From Cyanophora paradoxa CCMP329 (Eukaryota > Plantae > Glaucophyta): a DNA stretch of 31,719 nt. Of this stretch, positions 19,922 through 30,495 are shown one piece after another (the first letter of the stretch is position 1; each line of letters opens with the position of its first letter). The stretch lies in NCBI GenBank assembly GCA_004431415.1, contig QPMI01000351.1, positions 1 through 31,719 on the forward strand, in the 5' to 3' direction. The notes beneath the pieces were generated by a model. That model worked only from the letters and a program-made list of their open reading frames with translations. It searched no databases and was not told the DNA's origin. Made by a program: the position numbers and the translations under genes.

Positions 19922-22900
19922 ATGGGCAATCTGCCGCCTGTCGTACCGGGAGAGAGGCCGAGGCGCTGGACTCCCGGTCGCGCGTCCGATGTGCTGGATG
20001 ACCTGGAAACGGTGCTCAACGCTGAGGACAGCGGCGCCGGCGCCGGCGTGAGCGGTGCGTGCACTACGAGTGTATCGCCTGAGATTGGCTGATCCTGCGC
20101 AGCGACGCCCAACTGTGCCCGATGCGCCGAGCTCAAGCGGGTCCTCGAACGAGGCGGTGAGCCCGCCGCGCCGCCCCCTGGGTCTGCGCGCCCACGAGCG
20201 CCGGCCGCAGTACGAGACTTCGAAAAGATGCAGGAGGAAATCGGTTCGGCGGGCCTTGAGCGCGCACCACTATGAAGGCGAGCTGAGCGGCCGGCCGCAG
20301 AGACGGGAACGCGGCTGGTCAAGTCGATGGAGGAGCAGCTGGCGCGGTTGAAAGCGGAGGTGAAGTCAGCGAGGGAGGAGCGGGACGTGGAGCGCGTGCG
20401 ACGAGAAGAGCTGGAGGAGGCGCTGCGCGAGGCGACCGCGCCGCCTGAGAGCGCCCCCGACGTCTTCCTCTGCTCGGCGCCCGAGGACCGGCGCGACGCC
20501 GCCCTCGCCCGCGCCACCCTCGCCCTCCGCAAGGCCGGAATCTCCGTCGCGTCCGCCCTCCGCCCGCCCGCCCCACCTGCGAGCGCTCTCCGGCGAGCCG
20601 CCGATCCGCGCCTGCGCGGCAGGGAGACGGCGGGCCTGCGGGGCGTGACAGCGGCGCGGAGCCGCCTGGTTCTGATCGCCGCGTCGGCTGCCTCGCTGCG
20701 CAACGAGGACTGCGTCCGCCTCCTCGCCCGCGGTGCGCAGGCCGGCCCCGAGCGCAGCCCCTGGCGCCCACGCCGCCTCGGCGTCGCGCAGCGCGGGCGC
20801 GGGGCCAGCCGGTGGCCCCGCTGTTCCTGGAGGCGCCGGTGGCGGCGATGGCGGGGGCGGAGGCGGGGTGGCGGAGCAGCTGCAGGCGGCGCGGTGGATC
20901 ATGCCGTTGCCGCCGGCGGGGAGGCCCTCGCCGGGGCCCTCGCCGCCCTCGTGGACGACGTACGCTCCCTCCTCGCCGCCGCCGCCGACGGCCCCGCCCC
21001 GCCCGCCCGCGCCCCGCCCCCGCCTCCCTCCCCGCCGGCCCCGCTCTCCTCCCCGGCTCTTCCGCCTCCCAGCGGGAGCTGGCGGCGGTCTACGTGCTGG
21101 CCGCCGACCCCGCCGAGGCCGGCGCCGCCCTCGACGCGCTGCGCACCGTCGGCCTCCCCGCTCGGTCTGCTCTCTCACGTTTGGTCTTCGTGCCCGGCCC
21201 CGCTGAGGAGGGGGCTCGCCGCAGCGCCGACCCCGCCCCAATCTGCGGGCCTGACGGCCGTCTCCACGAATCCAGTGCGGCACCTCGGAATCTGCACGGC
21301 GCCGCGCGGCGGCGGCGATCCGCCTCTGACGCGCGCCGCTCGCCGCCCGCCCGCAGCGACCGTGGCGCTGCAGGCGTGCAAGCGGGTCGTGCTGCTCGTC
21401 GGCCGCGACACGGCGGCCTCCCGCGCCGCCAAGGGTCCGTCCCGCCCCGCCCCGCCCCGCCCCGCCCCCGCACCTCGCGCGCCGGGCCGGACCAGCGGCG
21501 CGGCCCGCAGAGGCGGTGGCCTACGCGACGGCGCTGGGGCGCAGCGTGCACAGCCTTTGGCTGCAGCCGCCCCCGGCGGCCTCCCCGCCCGAGGCGCACT
21601 GGCTCGCGAGCCTCGCGCCCCTCGCCCGCCCCGCGTGGGCCCCCGCCGGCCCCGCCTCCCTCCCCGCCGCCGCCGCCCGCCTCGCCGCCGACGCCGACGC
21701 CGACGAGGCGCGCCCCGCCGAACCTCCCCCTCCCCACCCTCCCTCAGAGAGCCCCGCGCGCCTGAAAGCCCCGCAGTGCCCGGGCCCTGGCCTGCTGGTG
21801 CTGCCTCCGCCGGCGGCCGGAGGGGAGGACGAGGATGAGGGGCAGGCGCGGGCCGCCCTGCCCGGCGTGTTCCGCTCCCTGCACGAGGCCCTCGCCGCCT
21901 GCCCGCAGGGCGCGGCGACGGCGCGCCCCTCCCCGCCCCCTCGTCCCCCCTCGCTGCGCTCACGGGGGTGCGGGAGCAGAGGTGTACGTGTGCGCGGGCG
22001 AGCACGCGCTGCGGGGCGCGCTGCGGGTGCGGGGCGGGGGCGCCTGGAGGGCCTCCCCGGCACCCGGCCCGTGCTCCTCGCCCGGGGGCGGCGGCCCCGC
22101 GCTCCTCCTCGAGGCCGACGAGCCCCGCGGGCGCACGTGCCCCCGGAGGAGGGCGGCCTCCTGCGCCGCCTGGAGCTCCGGCACGGCGGCGGGTGCGGGG
22201 CGGGCGGGTGCGGGGCGCTGGTGCGGGCGGGGCGGGGACGTGGACGCTGGAGGAGTGCGTGCTGGACGCCGCCTCGTGCGGCGGCTCGCTGCTCGCCGCG
22301 CCCGTCGAGCGCCGGCTCGCCCCGCCCGCCTTCGAGGGGAGGAGCCCGACGAGGACCCCCGCGTCTGCGTGCGCGCCCCGCCCCCGCCCCGCCCCGCCTC
22401 CGCCCCCGCTCACGGGCGAGGGCGCCGGCAGCTGCGGGCAGTGCGCTGCGAGCTGCGGGCCGCGTGCGCGCCGCTCGACGCCGCCTTCGACTGGCTCGAG
22501 GAGTGCGTCGCCTCCTTCGGCGCACACCCCATCCCCGTGCGAGCCCCACCGCCCCGCGGCCGGCCCGGGCGCCGAGGGGCGGGTGCGGCAGGGGCGCGGG
22601 TGGAGCGAGCGGGTGCAGGCGAGCCTCCTTCGCATGCAGAGCCTCGCGGCGGCGGCCGCCTCCCGCGGGCGCCCCGCCCTGCCTCCTTCCTCACCCTCGT
22701 GCGGCCCCCGCCCGCCCGGCACCGCCCCGCCCGGCACCGCGCGCAGCTCGCGCTCACGAGGCTCCCTGCAGGCCGCCCCGGCGGGGGAGGCGCCGACGGC
22801 ACAGCAGCTCGCCGGCCTGCGCCGCCTCGCGGCCGCCAAAGCCCGTTCCCGCCAGCCCCGCCCCGGACCCCCTCCCGCCCTCTCCTGAGAGACGCCTGCG

Positions 22901-23894
22901 GTCGCAGGGGGAGCCGCTCACGCTGCGGGTGGCCCCCGCGGGGGCCTGCGGGGCATCGCCGGCGGGCGAGGGGCCCCTGGCGGCCTCTCTCGCCGAGGCG
23001 GCCCGTCTCGCCGCCGACGGCGACCGCATCCTCCTGCTCCCCGGTACCCCCCTCCGCCTCCTCCCCCCAACAAGGCTGACGGGGCCGAAGGGCGGCACCC
23101 GGTGGCGCCGGGGCGAGTGCGGCTGCCGGCGCTGGCGGGTCTGGAGGGCGCCGGGGCGGCCGTGGTGCCCGACCCGCTGGCCCCGCCGGGCCCCGAGCCG
23201 TTCCTCCTCGAGCTGCGGGGCGGCCCGGGGAGCCCGGGGCCCCCGCCCTCCTCGCCGCCCTCTCCCTCGGGCCCCTCCCGCCCCCGCCCCCGGCCCCGCC
23301 CCGGCCCCGCGCCCTCCTCCGCCTCGCCGGCGGCCCCTGGCGCGCCGCCGACTGCACCTTCGACGCCGGCCCCGCCGCGCCCGGCCCCGGCGCGGCGGCG
23401 CTGCTCTGGCTGCAGGAGGGCGCCTCGCTGCGCGCCGAGGCCTGCACGCTGCGCGCCTCCGGGGCCGCCGGCTCCTCCTCGGCCCCGCCGCCTCCGCCTC
23501 CCTCACCGTGCGCGGCCCCGTCCTCGCCCGCGCCCGCGTCCCCGCTCGAGGGCGCGCGACGGCGGCGCAGGGCGGGGCGGCTGCGGGGTGTGCGCCCCTC
23601 GCCGCCCGCCTTGGGGAGGGCGGGCGCCTCGAGCCGGCGGAGGAGGGCGCCTGCACGTCCCACGGCGTCGCCCTTTCCGAGGACCGGCCGCCCGCCGGCA
23701 TTGACCCCGCCCTCATCCCGCCCGCCGCCCCCGCGGAGGCCGCCGCCGGGGCCGTCGGCGCTGAGAGCCCCTCGCGAACGGAGCCGCCCGCCGGGCCCGC
23801 TTCTCCGGGCTTGGCGCCGGCGGCCGCGACCCCGCGGGAAACCCCGCGGAGGACGCCCCGAGCCAGCGAGGATGTGCTGGAAGACTTGCGATAG
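19922..23894 (+). CDS. Multi-exon protein: N-terminal coiled coil, two degenerate TIR-like domains, two pectin-lyase-like parallel beta-helix starts
   Basis: MGN start, coiled coil MEEQLARLKAEVK..ELEEALRE. DVFLCSAPEDRRDAA..LRKAGISV and SRLVLIAASAASL (TIR-like 1). LQACKRVVLLVG..SRAAKEAVAYATALGRSVHSLWLQ (TIR-like 2). FRSLHEALAACPQG..VYVCAGEH and SLAEAARLAADGDRILLLPG (beta-helix N-cap motifs). Internal exon structure only partly resolved. Confidence 0.55.
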
Positions 23895-24316
23895 CATGCA
23901 GCGTAAACGGTCCCTGATAGGCGAGCTATTGCTGTAGATAGCAGGCGGGCGGGCGACCCCGGAAGCCCCGCCGACCGCCCCCTTCGAGCGCCTCTAGTCT
24001 CTGGTTTGCGCCTCCAGTAAGAAAGAGAGGGCAATCTCAGGAGCATCCCGGGCGCCAGGAAAGGAAAGGAAAACCCACTCGCAGGACGCGAGTCCATCAC
24101 GCCATCCGAAGGCATCCCGATGCAAGAGAGCACCAGGTGGTCTTCCAGAAAGCGCCAAAATGAAACATGTTTCTGATTTGAAGTGTTATGAACAGGAAAT
24201 TCATAGAATTAGCGAAGCAGCTGCCGCGAGCGACCGCCGATGCTGGGTGGGGTCACTCGGGAAGCCAGAACTATCCGCCGTTCCGCACGCGGCGGCGGCA
24301 CTTCGAGCACGAGCAA

Positions 24317-25034
24317 TTAGCCGTAGTCGTGCTCCTTGAGCTCGCGGTCGATGATCGCCTTCATCCACGGGTTGAGCTCAAGGATCTCATCAAAGCGCAG
24401 CTCGTCCAGCGGCGGCATGTTCTCAATCGCCTCAATGTCCTTGGCAGCCTGCTCGGCGGCCGCCGCGAGCACCTTGTCGTTCTGCTCCTTCTTCTTGAGC
24501 TGCGCGCCCCCGGGGCGTCGGCAAAGAGGCCACGGACCGACGCGGCGAGCGCGGCGAGCACAGGGTGCGCACCAGCTCCTGGTACTGCGCATAAAGATTC
24601 TGCCACTCCTCCGGCGTCTTGAAAGTGAGCGGCATCTTCGCCACATGGTCCGCCCACTTCTTCTTCTGCTCCTCAACGAAGGCCGTGTCCTTCGTCATCT
24701 TCAGCATCTTGTCCCAATCCGGATCGGGAACATCATCGGGCAGCTTGTTGTGCTCCTCGGTGATCTCTGCCGCGGACGTCATCGCAAGCGGCAGCGGCCG
24801 CACGGGGCCGCGCGCACGGTCGCAGATGGCCTTGAGCTTGAAGATCTCGGCCTTCGCCTCCGGCGAGTTGAACAGCGACGCGTATTTGGTCCACTCGATG
24901 GTCGGAAGGCCAGTCTTCTTCAGCTGGCGGTGGATCTCGAGAACCTCATCCTTGCTGGCCGCAATAGTGTAGGATTCCGGCAGCCGAGCCACCGCCCGGA
25001 CCGGCCGCGAAGCGCGGAAGGCGGCGCGGAGCAT
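24317..25034 (-). CDS. ATP5PD: Mitochondrial F1Fo ATP synthase subunit d (ATP5H/ATP7 family), 3 exons, ~197 aa
   Basis: Arg-rich presequence MLRAAFRASRPVRAVARL, TIEWTKYAS, LPDDVPDPDW, C-terminal IENMPPLDELRFDEILELNP..IDRELKEHDY. GT-AG introns at 24767-24817 and 24500-24572. Confidence 0.8.
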
Positions 25035-25109
25035 GGTCGAACAGACTACCCCCACAACAGTCTCCCCCCCCTTCCAACCGGTGCAAACTCAACACCGGCC
25101 GCCGCGGCG
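25035..25109. promoter_or_regulatory. Putative compact bidirectional promoter
   Basis: Only 75 bp separate the divergent start codons at 25034 (-) and 25110 (+). Confidence 0.55.
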
Positions 25110-28100
25110 ATGGGGCGCGGCACCGCTGGCGCGAATTTTGTCAATGGGCTCGGCCCGCCGCCTCCGATCGCAGTCTCCGATCCAACGCCGGAGCCTCTAG
25201 GAGGGGACTGGCCGTACCTGCTGGAGCCCTGGATCGTCGGCGTCGCGTTGTGCACGTTCGACCTGGATATCGGGAACAGTGCGCCCGCCGTGTTCGCCCC
25301 CTTCACTCTGCCCTAGCTAGAGGGCGACGCGGGCGCCGCTCGGCGCGTCCCCGGCGCAAGAGCAACTGCCGGGAATGTCCACAACCACGCGCGGCTTACG
25401 CCCTGTCCGCAGAGGTCGAGCAATTGTGGCCGCCCGACGCCCTCTGCGACCAAGACCAACTGAATGTGTAAGCGAGGCTCGCGCATGCGGCTGTGCCCTC
25501 TCTTGCACTGACTGCGCGTCGCCGTCGCCCAGCGCCTACCATGCATTTCCCGACTCGGTGCGCCGTTCCATCCCGCGCGGAGGCGCCCGGGCGCTGACGC
25601 CGCAGCAGATGAGCGCGCGGCTCGGGGACACGTCGTTCGTGTTCCGTATCAAGCTGCACCGGCGGCCGGGCGAGTCGGCGCCCAGCTCGCGGCGCGTCTC
25701 GCCCTCCCCGGAGAGCCTCCCGGGGCGGAAAGCCTCCATGCCGGACGCCCTCGGGGGATGCCTGGCGCCCCCCGACGCGCACCTCCGTCCGGCCTCGTGC
25801 GATCCGGGCGTGGGGGGCGGGGAGGGGGTAGGGGAGGGGGCGGCGCGGCCGCGGCGCTCGCGGACCTTCGCGGACGTGCTGGAGCTGCGGGACCTCGAGG
25901 GCGGGAGCGCCCCCTCGAGCCCCAAGAGCCCGAAGAGCCCCTCCGCCGCCCGCCGCGCCCCGCGCGCCTCGCCACCCGTCGAGCTGCCCCTCCCCCGCGA
26001 CCCCGGCACGCCGCCCCGGCCCCCGGGCCCCTCCCCGGCTCCGGGCTCCGCCCCGGAGCGCACCCGCAGCGCCGCCGCCGGCTACTCGCGGGGCCGTCGC
26101 CGCCGCGGCCGGCGATGTCGGAGCCGACGTCTCCGGCGGCGCCGGGGCGGCGCGGGCCGGCTGCGGATGCCGCCCTCGCCGATCCGCACGGGCTCGGGGG
26201 ACCTCCTCCCCGCCGGCGGCGGCTCCGGCAGCTCCGGCTCCCTCGGCACCCCCGCCAGCGCCGGGGGCGGCGGGGGCGGCGCCGGCGAGGGGAACCCGCT
26301 CGTCTCCCGCTCCGCCCTCTCCCGCAACTTCCTCTACGGCTACGCCCTCTTCCGTGCGCCCCGGCGGCGGGCCCTCGCCGGGGGGCGCCGGCTGAGGGGC
26401 GGGCAGGGCAGGAGCCGGACGCGAGCATCCAGCGCGGCTTCTTCCAGAAGTCCCTCGTCATCCTCTCCCGCCAGCCCCTCGCCGCCTTCTTCCGCCGCGC
26501 CGCCGCCCGCCTCGCCCCGGCCTACTTCGCCCGGGGCGCGGCGGCCGTGGAGGAGTTCCTCGGGGAGGTCAGCGCCTGGCCGGAGCCGCAGGAGGGGGAG
26601 ACCCTCGAGCTCCCCGTCCTCGGAGAGCCCCTCCAGGCCCGCCCCCCCTCTCGGCCTGCGCCGCCCCGCTCAAGCGCCCCTGAGGCGCCACGCTCCCCGG
26701 CCCCGGCGCAGGTGCGCGTGCCCGCGGAGCTCGACCTCACGAAGGAGTCCTGGCTCGCCGGCCCCGCCCCCTCCCCCGTCGACGGCTGCCCCGCCGGCCC
26801 CGCCCACCGCCAGCCCCCGCGCTCCCGTAGGCGGTGCGCCCCGCACGCCCGCCCCGTCCCTGCGCGAGCGGGTCGCGGCTGATCGGGCTGGGTCGGGTCA
26901 GTGCGGCGGGGGGCCGGGAGGGGGGCGCGGGCGGGGCGCGGCCGGCGCTGCTGGGGGAGCGGCCGGGGCTCTTCCAGGAGGTGAACCTGTACGAGACGTT
27001 CGGTCCGCTGCTGCCCAGCCTGCCGCTGCTCTGGGAGATCGTCCTCGCCGCCGAGCCCCTCCTCGTCTTCTCGCGGACGCCAGCCCAGTGCGGGGACGCC
27101 GTGCTCGCCCTCGCCTCGCTCATCGCCCCGCTGCCCTTCGCCGCCGACTTCCGGCCCTACTTCACCCTCCACGACCCCGACTTCGCGGCCTTCTCGCGGG
27201 CCGGGGGGCCCACGCGGGCGCTGCTCGGCGTGACGAACCCCTTCTTCCTCAAGGCCCTCGAGGACTGGCCCCACGTCCTCGCCGTCGGGCGGCCCCCCGA
27301 GGGGCCCCCCGCCGCGTCGTCGGCGCCCCCGCCCCGCCCCGCCTGCCCCTCCCGCCCCCCGCGGCGGCCGGCGGGGGCGCCCCGCGGCGGCGGAAGAGCG
27401 CGGGGCGGCTGAACCTGGTGGCGGAGTACCAGGAGGGCCTGTGGACGGACCGGCGGGCGCTGCGGGGGATGGACGCGGGGCTGCTGAAGCTGCTCGTGCG
27501 CGACGCGGCGAACGCGGAGGCGGCGGCGGCGGTGAACGACGACCTGCTGCGGCGCCACTTCCTCGAGCTCACCTCCGCCTTCCTCGCGCCCTTCGAGGCC
27601 TACTTCGCCCCGCGCCTCCCCGCCGCCCCCTACTCGGAGCTCCCGCCCCTCGAGCCCTTCCGCCAGGACGACTTCCTCCGCGCCATCCAGGCGCCCCCGC
27701 CCCCCGCCCCGCCCCGCCCCGCACCCCCCTCCCGCCTCCCCCTGACCCCCCGGGGCCGCAGAGCGGGGCGCTGGGGGGCGAGCTGACGGGGGGCAAGTCG
27801 AAGGAGCGGGCCGAGTGGGCCTCGCTCTACCGGCGCTTCATCCAGAGCCCGAACTTCGGGGTCTGGTTCGAGGGGCGCCGGCGCAAGGCCCGTGCCGAGC
27901 AGGCGGCCCGGCAGCGGGCGGCCCTCGAGGCGCTGGACGTGGCGGCGGTGACGCGGGGCATGCAGGAGGTCCAGCTCATCGACATGGCCCTCAAGCTCGG
28001 CGACCACCTCGTGCCCGCACCCCTCTCCTCTCCGCGCTTCCCCGAAGACGCCCTCACGCCCGCCGCGGCGCGCAGGAGCGGGAGGGGAGCACGGAGACGG

Positions 28101-28348
28101 CCTTCTACGTCTCCCTCAACGCCGCCCTCGGCGCCGTCCTCGACCGCCTCCCGCCCCGCACCCGCGCCGCCCTCGCCCCCAGGGTCCCCCCGCCCCCCTC
28201 TCTCTCTTTCATTGTCGAAGCCGCCTCTGACACGCGCGCGCAGGTCCCGCCCCCGCCGACGCCCTCCAGCGCCCCTCCCCCGCCCTCCGTGCAGCGCCCC
28301 GTCTCCCACCGCCCCGCGACCCCCTCCGGCGCCCCCGTCGCTCTTTAG
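25110..28348 (+). CDS. DENND6: DENN domain protein, DENND6/FAM116 family (putative Rab GEF), multi-exon
   Basis: Spliced motifs CTFDLDIGNKVEQLWP, AFPDSMSARLGDTSFVFRI, FLYGYALFRQ..QRGFFQKSLVILS, LLWEIVLAAEPLLV, DFRPYFTLHDPDF, LLGVTNPFF..WPHVL, LRRHFLELTSAFLAPF and WASLYRRFIQSPNFGVWF, all matching the family as I recall it. Confidence 0.92.
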
Positions 28349-28667
28349 TCGAACTTCTTGCAGCGATCTCGTAGTTCTCACAGCTATCTGTAGCGCTTAG
28401 CGGCTACACGCTATACTTTGATAGCTAGTCCATGGTTTCTTTGAGCTAGGTCTGCTCGTTGGATTCGCTCCTAGGTTCTTTGAAGCTGATTTCGTTCATT
28501 CTCTTCAAAACATATATACATAGTAAATGTATCGTTCCAGCTAGCGGCGCGCCGAGCGCGAGCCACACGAGGACGGTTTTTGATGGGGGGGGGGAGGGGG
28601 GGGGAAGGGGGGTACTTGGCGATTAGGATCAAATTCCTCGCCCACGCGCACACTGTGACAGCCAGCG

Positions 28668-30393
28668 ATGCAGCGAGCGGCCAAAGCGGTCGCTTCGTAC
28701 GCTTGGGATCGCGCCTACTCGCGCGCGTGGGCGATTGCGTACGGCCTCGCCTCCCCAATTTTGGCGCCCCTCTTCTCGGCCCTGCGCGTTCTCCGCTGGC
28801 TCCTACGCCTCCTGCGCATCGACGCGGATGCCTGGAACGCTGCGGTGTGCGCGCTGGCCATGCGATGCGCCCTGCTGGCACCCCCATCCTTGGTGCCCTG
28901 GCTCTGGAGAGCCGCCGCCCCGATGTGCGAGGGCGCCGGGGTCGCTGCTGTGCGCCTGCACGCCCAGAGCGGAGCGTTCGACTCCTTCACAGTGCAGTTG
29001 AAGTCAGCTTCAAAGTACGCGCGCCATCCCTGTCTTCTCGACAAGCTCACCACGGCCGGCAGGCAGGCGGCGGGCCGCGCGCTGGTCTACCTGCACTCCG
29101 GCATCACGCCGAGCGCGCTTTCGGAGCTCGGCCTCGCCGCCGAGCTCGCCCGCGCTGGCGGCGCGTCCGCCGTCGTCGCCCCGGAGGCCACGATCGAGGG
29201 CGAGGGCGGCGCGCCCGCTTCCTCCCGCCTTTCCGTTCGCGCCGCTCCTCACAGCGCCTCGCAGGCGCGCGCGTTGCCCTGGAGCGGGTTGAGGCCGCCG
29301 TCGCGCACGCGGCCAACGGCGACGATCGCCAGGCGCGGGCTGCCCGCCCCAGCATTTGATCCAGGCTCGCCCCTCCCTGACTAGCCGATCCAGGTGGCCG
29401 TGGCTGGCCTCTCGTCCGGGGCCCTCCTGGCTTTGCTCTGGGGCCTCGCGGGGCGACGGGCGGCGGAGCTCGAAGGGGGGCCCGAGGGGGCGGGCCTGGC
29501 GGTCGAGGTGCCCCTCGCGGGCTCCCTGCTGCTCGAGGTCCCCTTCTCCGCGTCCGAGGGGTACCGCCGCGCGCCCGTCCTCCTCCTCGACCCCCTCCTC
29601 CCGCCCGCGCCCGACGCCGGCGCGCCTGTGCCGCCGGGACCCCGCGACCGCCCCCCTGGACTTCTGCCCCTCCGGGGCGCCTCCGCGCTGCTGCAGCCGG
29701 CCCCCTCGCTCCTTTCCGAGGGCCGCCGCCGCCGCATGCAGGCCGCCCTCGCCTCTGACGCGGCCGTGCCGAGGTCGCCATGCGTCTCCGCGTGCAGGGC
29801 CCGGCGGCGCCGGCCTTGACTGCGTGCGCCTCCGCTCGCAGCCTGGAGGCGCTGGTGGGGGAGCTGGGGCGGCCCGGGGCGCTGCCCCCCGCCGCCCTCT
29901 TCTTCGGCCGCCCGCAGGCGCCCGCGCGCCCCCCCGCTTGGGACCCCCCTCGGAGCCCCGCCCGCGAGCCACCTCCCCGCAGATGGAGGCGGCGCCGCTG
30001 CAGCGCCTGGCCGACCGCATGGCGGGGCGGGGCGAGCGGGGCGGAGACAGCGGCGGCGGCGGGCGGGGCGCCCAAGGCCGGCTGGCGCTCGTGGGCCGCC
30101 GGGCTGCGCCACTGGGGCCGCCCCGCCGAACCCTTCGCCCCGCACACCGTCCGCATCTTCGACGGGTGCGGCTCGAGCCTGGGCCGGGGCGCCCGGGCCC
30201 CCATGGCCAGCGAGGGCGCCGCTTGACGGGGCGGGGCAGGCTGGGCCACGGGGCGGGGCTGCTGTACGCGCGCTGGGGCCCGGCCAGGCGGGAGGCCGCC
30301 GAGGCCGGCGCCTGGCTCGCCGCCGCCTTGGACGCGGCCTCCGAGCCCGAGGGCGCCCCCTCGCGCTCGAGCTCCCGCGGCAAGGAGGAGTGA
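28668..30393 (+). CDS. Alpha/beta hydrolase-fold protein with a hydrophobic N-terminus, multi-exon
   Basis: ALVYLHSG, nucleophile elbow VAVAGLSSGALLA (GxSxG, ~29394-29435), spliced HTVRIFDGLGHG (catalytic His-like). Stop after SRGKEE at 30393. Confidence 0.7.
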
Positions 30394-30495
30394 CCCCCGC
30401 GCCCGCGCCGCGCCAACAGCACTGCCACTCGAACTCGGAATAATCGTAACAATAATGAATGAAAGGAAGAGCCGCTGCGCCGGGGGGCGGGGCGG

